Shown: positions 46,820 to 55,714 of the stretch, piece after piece | Layout: the number at the start of each line of letters is the position of its first letter | Position numbering within the stretch: position 1 is the stretch's first letter | Source of the DNA: an uncultured Alphaproteobacteria bacterium | Lineage (GTDB): Bacteria > Pseudomonadota > Alphaproteobacteria > Rs-D84 | Assembly: GCA_937903135.1 (NCBI GenBank) | Contig: CALDAH010000028.1 | Location: 2,474 to 66,473 of the forward strand | Length of the DNA: 64,000 nucleotides | Reading direction: 5' to 3' | The notes under the pieces: generated by a model | What the model saw: only the letters and a program-made list of their open reading frames with translations | The model's database searches: none | What the model was told of the DNA's origin: nothing | Made by a program: the position numbers and the translations under genes

Positions 46820-47923
46820 ATGTATATGTTGGGAAAAAAAGTGCTGTTGCGTGGTATTTTAGGAATGGTTTGCGCACTGTCCATTGCGGGATGTGATCTC
46901 TCGGCGCCGACGCACAGCGGGGATAATTCCGTTGTGCCGTCAAATCTGAAACGCGTGTCATACGACGATTTACCCGGGTGGCGAGATGACGATGTGCGTT
47001 ATGCACTGCAGGCGTTTCGTAACAGCTGCCGGGCCAAGCTGCAGTATACCGGGCGCGTCGTACCCGATCGCGAACTGGTCGCGGAAAAATGCCGAATGCT
47101 GCCCGCGGCATCAGCGGACGTGGCAACGGTTCGTGCGTGGTTTGAATCTAATTTCCAGCCGTATCAGATCTTTAACGACAACGGGACGTCACGCGGGACA
47201 TATACAGGATATTATTCGCCAATAATTCCGGCATGCCGGACGCAGACGGCCGAATGCAATGAACCGCTTATGGGTGTTCCGACCGATGGCCGAAACTACA
47301 AAGGCGTTGCCAAAAAAGATATTGTTGAGAAAAATATCGGTCGCGTTTTATATTGGGCCAATATAGTTGATGTGCAAAATATTCAAATCCAGGGCAGCGG
47401 TATGCTGCAGCTGGACGATGGTCGTCAGGTAAAGCTGAACTTTGCCGCCGTAAATGATATGCCGTTTAAATCAATTGGCGAAGAGCTGCGTTCCCGTGGA
47501 ATTCGGCCCGACGGGGGGTATTCGGCGGATGCTGTATGGCAGTATCTGAAAAAGAACCCGTCGCTGGCAAAGGATGTAATTTATAAAAACCCGCGATATG
47601 TATATTTTTATGAATCTGTCCCGCCGGATGTAATTGGAAAGCTGGGCACGCCCCTGTCAAAGATTCGCAGTATCGCGATGGACGATAGCATATATACATT
47701 AGGTATGCCGGTTTATATCAATACCAACCTGTCGGACGGGCGTCGTTTTCGTCGTTTAATGATTGCCCAGGATACCGGCAGTGCGATCCGCGGCTGGATT
47801 CGTGCAGATATATTTTTCGGCAAAGGCGACGAGGCGTATAAATTTGCCCACGGCCAGCATGCCCAGGGGGAAATGTTTATATTAATGCCAAAAGAATATA
47901 GCTATGTTAAACCGACAAAATAA
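46820..47923 (+). CDS. mltA: membrane-bound lytic murein transglycosylase A
   Basis: Lipobox ALSIAGC; GYYSP; and the 3D domain IAQDTGSAIRGWIRADIFFGKGDEA. A GTG alternative start lies at 46802. Confidence 0.82.
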   Translation: MYMLGKKVLLRGILGMVCALSIAGCDLSAPTHSGDNSVVPSNLKRVSYDDLPGWRDDDVRYALQAFRNSCRAKLQYTGRVVPDRELVAEKCRMLPAASADVATVRAWFESNFQPYQIFNDNGTSRGTYTGYYSPIIPACRTQTAECNEPLMGVPTDGRNYKGVAKKDIVEKNIGRVLYWANIVDVQNIQIQGSGMLQLDDGRQVKLNFAAVNDMPFKSIGEELRSRGIRPDGGYSADAVWQYLKKNPSLAKDVIYKNPRYVYFYESVPPDVIGKLGTPLSKIRSIAMDDSIYTLGMPVYINTNLSDGRRFRRLMIAQDTGSAIRGWIRADIFFGKGDEAYKFAHGQHAQGEMFILMPKEYSYVKPTK

Positions 47924-48233
47924 ATTTACCGCCCGTGCGTCCCGCCCCCAGACCATTGCCGGGGCGGTCGGCGGGCTGTTGCGTATTTTCGGTGCACGCG
48001 CGTCGGATGCGGATCTGATGGCGCGCTGGGATGAAATAATGGGCGCGGATATCGCGTCCATTGCGCGTTTAGCGGCAATAAAGAAAACACGTGATGGTAA
48101 GTTTAATATAGCCGTGCGCCCCGTAAATCCGGCACTGGGGCTGCAGCTGTCGTATATGTCGGACGAGATTGTGGCAAAAATAAATAAATATTTTGGTCGC
48201 GATGCCGTTGGCAAAATAACGCTTAGGAGGTAG
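47904..48233 (+). CDS. DUF721 (DciA-like) protein
   Basis: 109 aa: IAGAVGGLL...LMARWDEIMGADIA...FNIAVRPVNPALGLQLSYMSDEIVAKINKYFGRDAVGKI, a DUF721 pattern. Overlaps the end of mltA by 20 nt. Confidence 0.65.
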   Translation: MLNRQNKFTARASRPQTIAGAVGGLLRIFGARASDADLMARWDEIMGADIASIARLAAIKKTRDGKFNIAVRPVNPALGLQLSYMSDEIVAKINKYFGRDAVGKITLRR

Positions 48234-48235
48234 AT

Positions 48236-48316
48236 ATGATGACTCTATTCGCCGTCTTTATTGCGATTGTTATAATCGGGGTAATTATTATTGCCGATCA
48301 TAACCAGCGACGTTAA
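48236..48316 (+). CDS. candidate 26-aa hydrophobic micropeptide
   Basis: Not in the ORF track (below 60 aa). AGGAGG lies 5 nt upstream of the ATG at 48236. Sequence MMTLFAVFIAIVIIGVIIIADHNQRR is one TM helix plus a basic tail. Confidence 0.4.
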   Translation: MMTLFAVFIAIVIIGVIIIADHNQRR

Positions 48317-48370
48317 GGGTTTGCGAAAATATACCTTTTGTGATATTATATTTTTCCCATAAAGGGAAAG

Positions 48371-49567
48371 GTGAATTTTATGGCCAAAGATAAATATATT
48401 TCAGTACGCCCATCGGTTAGTGGTTTTTCGTTTGCAAATCTCGGACTGTTTACCGGGTTTGCCGACGGTATTTATAATGCTGTTTATTCATTAGTTATTT
48501 TAGAGATATTTCGTTCATCGGCAATTGTCGGGCTATACGTTGCTCTATATGCCGCGTTTTGTATGGTTGTTGCATTATTCGCGAACGAACTGTTTCGTCA
48601 GTTCTCAAAGGTAAAGGTTTTTTATTTTTCACTTCTGATGCTGGCGGCATGCTATGCGATGATGGGTTTTTCAATACGTCCGCTGACGTTTATTACCCTG
48701 GATTTTACGACCGGTATCGCGATTACGTTGGCCCAGGTGTTAATACCGCTGTTTATGTCTGATTTCGCGGGCAAGGTTGGGATGGCAAAGCTGAATTCGC
48801 GTTATCATTTATGGTTAAATATCGGCGCGTTATTCGCCCCAATGATAGCGGTCGCGATTGCAAATCAATTCAGTAATCGGGCGGCATTTTTTGCATCTGC
48901 GCTGATATATTTTGCCGGCTGGATGTTTTTTAAATATTTCCGAATTGTCCAAGAGGATAAAAAAATAAAGCCCGCAGATCCACGCCGAACATTTCGGGCG
49001 CTGTGGAAAAATTCGGTGGCGTTTTTTCGTACGCCCGGGATGCTGCGTGCGTATATTGTAAACTTTGGTTACTATTCCCTGCGTGCGATGCGCTATTTAT
49101 ATGTCCCGATCGTTGTTATTGAAAACGGTTTTTCAAAGGATGCCCTGGGCTGGGTTTTAACCCTTGGGATTATTCCGTATCTATTTTTATCTGAATTTAT
49201 GGGCCGGGCCGTTCGCCGATTTGGTAAAAATATATGGCTAATCCTGGGGTTTTCGTCGTTCGCGATATTTTCCCTGCTTGCGACATTTGTGACCGGGTAT
49301 CCGTTGCTGGCAATATTTGTTTTATGGCAGATATCGGGCGCGTTAATGGAATCGGTTCATGATCTGTTGTTCTTTGATGCGACCCGAAAATCCCAGCAGA
49401 CACGATTTTATGGTGTTTTTCGCACCAGTGTTAATTTCCCCAATGTTGCCGCTCCGATACTTGCCGCGGCATGCATAACACTATTCGGGGCGACGTCCGC
49501 CGTATGGTTCGTTACCGCCATAATCGGGGCAATATCTGTTATGGTTTTACTGGCCCGGGGCAGGTAA
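48371..49567 (+). CDS. MFS-type transporter
   Basis: 398 aa with about 12 hydrophobic helices in a 6+6 arrangement around a basic central loop (QEDKKIKPADPRRTFR). GTG start, with an ATG alternative at 48380. Confidence 0.6.
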   Translation: MNFMAKDKYISVRPSVSGFSFANLGLFTGFADGIYNAVYSLVILEIFRSSAIVGLYVALYAAFCMVVALFANELFRQFSKVKVFYFSLLMLAACYAMMGFSIRPLTFITLDFTTGIAITLAQVLIPLFMSDFAGKVGMAKLNSRYHLWLNIGALFAPMIAVAIANQFSNRAAFFASALIYFAGWMFFKYFRIVQEDKKIKPADPRRTFRALWKNSVAFFRTPGMLRAYIVNFGYYSLRAMRYLYVPIVVIENGFSKDALGWVLTLGIIPYLFLSEFMGRAVRRFGKNIWLILGFSSFAIFSLLATFVTGYPLLAIFVLWQISGALMESVHDLLFFDATRKSQQTRFYGVFRTSVNFPNVAAPILAAACITLFGATSAVWFVTAIIGAISVMVLLARGR

Positions 49568-49577
49568 GTTATTTTAA

Positions 49578-49606
49578 TTGCGTTCGGGCTTTTTTCCTTG
49601 TATGAT
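49578..49606 (+). promoter_or_regulatory. candidate recA promoter with an overlapping palindrome
   Basis: TTGCGT, 17-nt spacer, TATGAT. The palindrome CTTGTAT-N7-ATACAAG (49597-49617) overlaps the -10 element. Confidence 0.45.
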
Positions 49607-49631
49607 TTAAATACAAGAAAAGGGGAATTTT

Positions 49632-50711
49632 ATGGCGAAGAAAGAAGTTGTAAAAGAAGCAGGCGCTGGGGTTAAAAATCCTGCGCTGGAATCTGCATTG
49701 GCGCAGATTCAAAAACAATTCGGAAAAGAAGCAATTATGAAAATGGGGGACGGTTCGCAGCAAAATATTGAGGCGATATCATCCGGATCATTGGGCCTGG
49801 ATATTGCGCTGGGGATCGGCGGATACCCACGTGGACGTATTATTGAAATCTATGGGCCTGAGAGTAGTGGTAAAACAACGCTGGCACTGCACGCCGTTGC
49901 CGAGGCCCAGAAAACCGGCGGCACATGTGCGTATATTGATGCTGAAAATGCACTTGACCCAAGCTATGCTAAAAAACTGGGGGTAAGTGTTTCGGATTTA
50001 ATTATTTCTCAACCCGATTCCGGGGAACAGGCATTGGAAATCGCCGATACGTTAATTAAATCCGGTGCAGTGGACGTTGTCGTAATTGACTCGGTCGCGG
50101 CACTTGTCCCAAAGGCCGAGCTAGAAGGGAATTTCGGTGACTCGTTCGTTGGTACAACGGCACGCTTAATGTCACAGAGTTTGAAAAAGTTGGCCGGATC
50201 TGTGGCACGCAGTAATACGTTATTAATCTTTATTAACCAAATTCGTATGAAAATCGGTGTTATGTTCGGCAGTCCCGAAACAACATCCGGGGGAAATGCG
50301 TTAAAGTTCTATGCGTCGGTACGACTGGATATTCGCAGAACCGGCCAGATCAAGGACAAAGAAAACGTTATCGGAAACGAAACACGCGTAAAGGTTGTTA
50401 AAAACAAAGTCGCACCACCGTTCCGTACCGTTGATTTTAAAATTATGTACGGCGAAGGAATTTCGCGCATTAGCGAGATTTTGGATATGGGCGTAAAATA
50501 CGACCTGATTGAAAAGGCCGGCAGCTTCTATTCATATAACAGCGAACGAATGGGCCAGGGTGAGGCAAATGCCCGCACATGGCTGCGTGATCATCCAGAT
50601 GTTCAGCAGGAACTGTTGGATAAAATCATGGCCAAGGCCAGCGGTATCGCCGAAGAAATGACAACCGGGCCGGTTGACGATGCAGACGATCAGGGCGCGG
50701 ATGCGGAATAA
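49632..50711 (+). CDS. recA: recombinase RecA
   Basis: 359 aa: [35 protein letters not shown] (Walker A), VVIDSVAAL (Walker B), [37 protein letters not shown]. Confidence 0.96.
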   Translation: MAKKEVVKEAGAGVKNPALESALAQIQKQFGKEAIMKMGDGSQQNIEAISSGSLGLDIALGIGGYPRGRIIEIYGPESSGKTTLALHAVAEAQKTGGTCAYIDAENALDPSYAKKLGVSVSDLIISQPDSGEQALEIADTLIKSGAVDVVVIDSVAALVPKAELEGNFGDSFVGTTARLMSQSLKKLAGSVARSNTLLIFINQIRMKIGVMFGSPETTSGGNALKFYASVRLDIRRTGQIKDKENVIGNETRVKVVKNKVAPPFRTVDFKIMYGEGISRISEILDMGVKYDLIEKAGSFYSYNSERMGQGEANARTWLRDHPDVQQELLDKIMAKASGIAEEMTTGPVDDADDQGADAE

Positions 50712-50737
50712 GAATATAATCAACATAGGGGTGTTTT

Positions 50738-51646
50738 ATGAAATTAAGCAGAACATGGGCATTATCGGATATCGTGCTGCGGGCACATATATTAAATCCG
50801 TTATGGTGGCCGCGTGATAAACGTCGTGAACACCGTTGTAATATCGCAAAAGTGGCCATTCCACGTTATCTGAAGCGTTATGTTCCGGCCGCCGGGACTG
50901 TTGCGGATGGCCCTGTTATTAAAAACGATAAAAACGAAAAAGTGTTCATGTTCTGGGGATATAACCCGACACCCCCGTTGGTTGCAGCATGTATGAAAAG
51001 TGCCGAGAAAAACTTAAAACAAGACGTTTTACAGTTAAACGAAAAAACACTTTTTAACTATATTGATCTGCCGGGCGTTATTATGGACAAGCAGCGCAAC
51101 GGTCAGATAGCGATTGCGCATTTCCTGGATATATGCCGCGTTGAGTTGTTATATAATCATGGTGGTTTCTGGTTGGATTCAACCGGTTTCGTAACCGCGC
51201 CGATTCCGCAAAATATCATAGATCAGGATTTCTTTGTTTATATGGCGGGAAATAATGTCGGCAGCCCGTATAGCTTTATCCAGAACTGTTTTATCCGTTC
51301 CAGAAAAGGGGCGTATCTGTTAAATGCATGGCGGCAAACCATTCAAAACTTCTGGATGGCCGAACCGCGCGAATTTGACTATTTCATGCATCAGTTAATG
51401 TTTAAGGCATTGGTTCAAAACGATCCGGTCGCCGCAGAATATTTTGAAAAAATGCCGCATATTGACCAAGATCCAACACACGCCGTTTGGTGGGATATTG
51501 CAAATAAACCGTTTAGTCAGGAATTGTTTGATAAATATACATCCGGTGCGTTTTTCCAAAAAACGGCATATAATGCACCGTGGGCGAAAAACCCAATCCC
51601 GGGCAGTGTTGCCGATGTTATGATAAATAAGATGTATAAGGATTAA
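50738..51646 (+). CDS. capsular polysaccharide synthesis-type glycosyltransferase (Caps_synth/OCH1-like)
   Basis: 302 aa. FMFWGYNPTPPLVAACMKSAEKN and AHFLDICRVELLYNHGGFWLDSTGFV match the Caps_synth pattern (W..G...P.v..C; SD..R..LL...GG.W.D.T). Confidence 0.6.
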   Translation: MKLSRTWALSDIVLRAHILNPLWWPRDKRREHRCNIAKVAIPRYLKRYVPAAGTVADGPVIKNDKNEKVFMFWGYNPTPPLVAACMKSAEKNLKQDVLQLNEKTLFNYIDLPGVIMDKQRNGQIAIAHFLDICRVELLYNHGGFWLDSTGFVTAPIPQNIIDQDFFVYMAGNNVGSPYSFIQNCFIRSRKGAYLLNAWRQTIQNFWMAEPREFDYFMHQLMFKALVQNDPVAAEYFEKMPHIDQDPTHAVWWDIANKPFSQELFDKYTSGAFFQKTAYNAPWAKNPIPGSVADVMINKMYKD

Positions 51647-51661
51647 AAAAAGGACACGCAT

Positions 51662-52687
51662 ATGCCTGCAATATCTATTATAATCCCGGTATATAACGTA
51701 GAAAAATATTTACCCCGTTGCCTGGATAGTGTTTTAAATCAAACATTTACAGACTGGGAAGCGATATGCGTAAATGACGGCAGTCCGGATGGGTCTGCCG
51801 ATATTTTATCAGAATATGCGGCGCGTGATAAACGATTTAAAATCGTTACCCAGAAAAACGGCGGACTGTCCGATGCACGTAATTCCGGGATGCGGGTGGC
51901 TGCCGGGGAATATATTTTATATCTCGACAGTGATGATTTTATACACCCGCAAACACTGGAAATTACCCATTACCTGGCCCGGCGTGATGCGGCCGATATC
52001 GTATCTTTTACATATGATCGTATATATCGTCCGCAGTTAATGATCCGTCATAAATTGGGAATGGATACCGACAGTGTTATTCCGGGGCGTATTTATAAAA
52101 AATATAACCCGGCTGATATTAAAACATTAACGACTGATAACGTATATGAATATGCAACCGAACGGGCGCATAATGCGCTTAACCCACGGCGAAAATGGTT
52201 AATTAAGCACTGCCAGGTATGGAAAAATTTATATCGCCGTGAATTAATTGCCGATACGCCTTTTATCAAAGGGATTTTATTTGAAGATTTCCCGTGGTGG
52301 TCGGCTGTTATGTTAAAGTGCCCGCGGGTAACGATCGCGCCGCTGCCGCTGTATTTTTATGTGCCAAATTTTGGTGGAATTGTTTTATCTGCAAAACAGC
52401 TGCGTATTCTGCAGAGCCTGTGTGCCGGGATTAAAAATGCGTATACGTTATATGCTGAAAATGCAAATGAATATCAGATGCGTATGTGGTCGGAACAGTT
52501 TTTATGGTATTTTATAAAATGGGCATTTCGCAAGGTAAAATATCTAGATAATGAAACGGATCGTAAAATTGCCCGGGAATGTTTTTGCGATTTAAAACAT
52601 ATCGGTGCGCTGGATAAACCGCCGTTTAAATGGGCAAAAAAATTGCGTGACGATATACATAATTTTGTAAAAGGGGAATGCAAGTAA
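51662..52687 (+). CDS. glycosyltransferase family 2 (copy 1 of a tandem pair)
   Basis: ISIIIPVYNVEKYLPRCLDSVLNQTF...NDGSPDGS...LDSDDF is the GT2 signature. Confidence 0.85.
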   Translation: MPAISIIIPVYNVEKYLPRCLDSVLNQTFTDWEAICVNDGSPDGSADILSEYAARDKRFKIVTQKNGGLSDARNSGMRVAAGEYILYLDSDDFIHPQTLEITHYLARRDAADIVSFTYDRIYRPQLMIRHKLGMDTDSVIPGRIYKKYNPADIKTLTTDNVYEYATERAHNALNPRRKWLIKHCQVWKNLYRRELIADTPFIKGILFEDFPWWSAVMLKCPRVTIAPLPLYFYVPNFGGIVLSAKQLRILQSLCAGIKNAYTLYAENANEYQMRMWSEQFLWYFIKWAFRKVKYLDNETDRKIARECFCDLKHIGALDKPPFKWAKKLRDDIHNFVKGECK

Positions 52688-53706
52688 TGTCTGCCCGGCC
52701 CGCGATTTCGGTTATAATCCCGGTATATAACGTGGAAAAATATTTGCCGCGCTGCCTAGATAGCGTTTTAGCCCAGACTTTTTCCGACTGGGAGGTGATT
52801 TGCATCAACGACGGCAGCCCGGATAATAGTGATAAGATTTTAGCGCGCTATGCGGCGGCCGACCCGCGGTTTAAAATTATTACAAAACAAAACGCCGGTC
52901 TGTCCGCGGCGCGTAATGATGGAATTATCGCCGCTCATGGGGAATACATTTTATTCCTTGATAGTGATGATTTTATTCATCCCCAGACGATGGAGATTGT
53001 ATATTCCCTGGCGCAGAAAAATAATGCGGATCTGGTTGCATTCGGGCATGATGAAAAATTCTATCGCTATGCGCGTGATCTGCTAAATCATGGGCGCAAT
53101 ATTGATGATTTGCTGCCCCGGGCGTCGTTATATAAATATAATGTCGGGAATATTCGGCATAAAACCACAAATAATTTAATTGCACATGCGACGGAACGCA
53201 ATCATGGTCTGTGCCCGGGGTGGAAAATATATCATTGCTATCCGCCGATGCGTCTGTATCGTCGGATAATGATCGCCAAGATTCCGTTTATTCGTGGAAT
53301 TATTATGGAAGATTTTCCATGGTGGTCGGCCGTTATGTTACAGCGTCCACGTACGGTTTATGCAGATCTGCCGCTGTATTTTTATATGCCGAATGCAGGA
53401 TCTATTTTATCCAGTTCCAAGGCCTTGCGGATGATTGACAGCATCGCCGCGGGGTTAATGTATGCGTATAATTTATATTGCGCGAACGCCACCGCGCGCG
53501 AGATGAAAATATATAACCGTGAATTTTTATGGCCGTTTATTATTATTGCGGCGCAAAAACTGCGCGACCTAAAAAACGCCGAAGATATACGCGTCGCCCG
53601 TGAACGGTTTACCGAATTATATGCGCGTGGTGTTATGGATCGGCCTGCGAATTTACGTGCGCGCAGATATCGCCGCCGCATATTGTCGTTTATAAATAAC
53701 GGTTAA
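52687..53706 (+). CDS. glycosyltransferase family 2 (copy 2 of a tandem pair)
   Basis: ISVIIPVYNVEKYLPRCLDSVLAQTF...NDGSPDNS...LDSDDF. By-eye estimate of about 70% identity to copy 1 over the N-terminal domain. The start at 52687 forms a TAATG overlap with the copy 1 stop; the track start is 52678. Confidence 0.85.
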   Translation: MSARPAISVIIPVYNVEKYLPRCLDSVLAQTFSDWEVICINDGSPDNSDKILARYAAADPRFKIITKQNAGLSAARNDGIIAAHGEYILFLDSDDFIHPQTMEIVYSLAQKNNADLVAFGHDEKFYRYARDLLNHGRNIDDLLPRASLYKYNVGNIRHKTTNNLIAHATERNHGLCPGWKIYHCYPPMRLYRRIMIAKIPFIRGIIMEDFPWWSAVMLQRPRTVYADLPLYFYMPNAGSILSSSKALRMIDSIAAGLMYAYNLYCANATAREMKIYNREFLWPFIIIAAQKLRDLKNAEDIRVARERFTELYARGVMDRPANLRARRYRRRILSFINNG

Positions 53707-53738
53707 AAAAATATCCGCGCCCGCGGATATTTTTATGT

Positions 53739-54590
53739 CTATATGCCGGTGGTTTTAAACCGGTCGGGGATTGTTGTTACCCATTTTAGCCCAAGCATTG
53801 CGGGTTTATTCCAGTCGTATATCGGGCGCAGCAGGGTCTGCATTATGCGTGCGATTGCAGGGCTATGGCGGCGATTTCGGGCGCGCGTTATTATATCAAT
53901 TGTTCGTGCCCGTTTTTTCAGATGCTTTTCCCATGACGGATCACGATCGCCGATTTTATTTTTTATCATATTCAGATCAACGCTGCCAAAGTGCAGCAGA
54001 TATAGGTTTTTGTTTATATGAAAATTTTTACCCTTTACGCTGTGAAAACCACTGCCCCAGGTTGCCGGGCGAAATAATACAACCGGCTTGGTATAACGGG
54101 TTGACATCAGTGCGTATTTACGCTGGGATAAAAACGTGGCGGCCGTGTCTAATTCATCCTCGGTTTCGGTGTCCATTCCAACGTCCAGGCCCAGGCCCGA
54201 TACAGACGTTTTATTTTTTATCCCCGATAAATAATCCGGCAATGATTTACCGCATTTCGGGTCTGCGATTAAAAATTCATCACAGTCACATCCGATTACA
54301 ATATCATATCCGTCGGCAAAAAGTTTCTTGGCTAAATCCGACAGCATTAATATACGGGTTTTATCACCGTGCTGAACTGCCTCGTCCCGATGGGGCATTT
54401 TTGTAATATGTGCGCACGTCGCCGCCGCAGGTGTTTTTTGTTCCAGCCCGTCAAGGTATATATACAGATTTTCCTGGCCCAGGATATCGCCATAGTATTT
54501 AATCCAGCGATTTAAAAAGAATTCATCGTTGCGCGCCATTGTTATGGCAGCGATACGTTTCTTGGATATTTTTTTGGTGTGGTTTTTCAT
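53739..54590 (-). CDS. glycosyltransferase, GT2-like (Glyco_tranf_2_4/GT92-like)
   Basis: 283 aa. IAAITMARNDEFFLNRWIKYYGDILGQENLYIYLDG and GCDCDEFL resemble this family. Confidence 0.5.
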   Translation of the reverse strand: MKNHTKKISKKRIAAITMARNDEFFLNRWIKYYGDILGQENLYIYLDGLEQKTPAAATCAHITKMPHRDEAVQHGDKTRILMLSDLAKKLFADGYDIVIGCDCDEFLIADPKCGKSLPDYLSGIKNKTSVSGLGLDVGMDTETEDELDTAATFLSQRKYALMSTRYTKPVVLFRPATWGSGFHSVKGKNFHINKNLYLLHFGSVDLNMIKNKIGDRDPSWEKHLKKRARTIDIITRARNRRHSPAIARIMQTLLRPIYDWNKPAMLGLKWVTTIPDRFKTTGI

Positions 54591-55432
54591 ATTCCCTCGG
54601 TAAATATTTTATGTATCGCGTTGGTTATATTCCGGTATATTATTTTAATCGGGTTGCGTGTTAAAAGATGTCGTATATATTCATCCCCATAAATACGTCG
54701 GGCGTTTTCCAAAATCGCATTGCGGGCCGCGGGTGATATATTGCGCAGTATATATGCGATTTGCGCGCCCAATGCCCCGCGATGACGCGTAAAGGCCAAT
54801 TTTTTCATAAACGGCATCCCGGCCTGATAGAGTTTCTTTATCTTGTTATAAACGCCGCGGTTTTTAACATAATATAACGCGTCCCATGATAGGTTATGTG
54901 CCATCGTCTGCTGCGTGAACCCATGTTCATATAGGCGCGTAATCAGCCCCTTGGATTCCTGTTTCTTTACCGATGTAATAAATGTATTAAACCATTTTGC
55001 GTTAAATATGGTCGGTCTGCACCCGATAAACCATGACTGAATATGCGGCCGTTCACGATGGCGTTTTGCGACAATGCCGAATGCGTCAGTATTTAACGCC
55101 TCGGCCCGTTCAAGTGTTCCCCCCATCGGCATTAATGGCCCGTATACGGAATCGTTTACCATATACATAAAATCATAGTTTTTTAAGATTCCCATATCAC
55201 GGGCATAGATATATGCGCGTTTATATGAACCGAAATCGTATTCATCGTGCCGCAGTGCAGCCGCATGAATAACATACGGGGACAGCTTTTGCAATTGGTC
55301 GTCCGATACATCGTTACCCATTATAAAGATAACATCCCCGAACGCCGATAGGGCACGAACATAATAAATTAATGAAGCGTCAATAACGCCGTTGCGGTCA
55401 TATGCGGCGAACAGGAACAATCGTTTTGTCAT
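54587..55432 (-). CDS. rhamnan synthesis protein F (RgpF)-like polysaccharide biosynthesis protein
   Basis: 281 aa. LFLFAAYDRNGVIDASLIYYVRAL, YDFGSYKRAY, MVNDSVYGPL and HIQSWF are colinear with RgpF. The stop overlaps the downstream start (ATGA). Confidence 0.65.
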   Translation of the reverse strand: MTKRLFLFAAYDRNGVIDASLIYYVRALSAFGDVIFIMGNDVSDDQLQKLSPYVIHAAALRHDEYDFGSYKRAYIYARDMGILKNYDFMYMVNDSVYGPLMPMGGTLERAEALNTDAFGIVAKRHRERPHIQSWFIGCRPTIFNAKWFNTFITSVKKQESKGLITRLYEHGFTQQTMAHNLSWDALYYVKNRGVYNKIKKLYQAGMPFMKKLAFTRHRGALGAQIAYILRNISPAARNAILENARRIYGDEYIRHLLTRNPIKIIYRNITNAIHKIFTEGI

Positions 55433-55714
55433 TTTTTGAATTTTAACCTATGCTATTGTTTAATATAAACTTACACTTTATTGTGTATTTTTGCAACCGA
55501 GGAATTTATCTGATTTTAACAAATATCTATGTGCCGGATTTATATAAGAAATTTTTAGCAGTGCAATATAAACGCGCACGGCGGGGATGTCGGCGATCCG
55601 ATGGGCCGGGCCGGGCAATAAAACGCGCGTTGATAAAAATCATGGCATGTTTTATTCCCGGCCGATATTGTCGCGGTAATTTTCGTACCCGCGCCCGGAT
55701 TTTTTTATGTGCGG

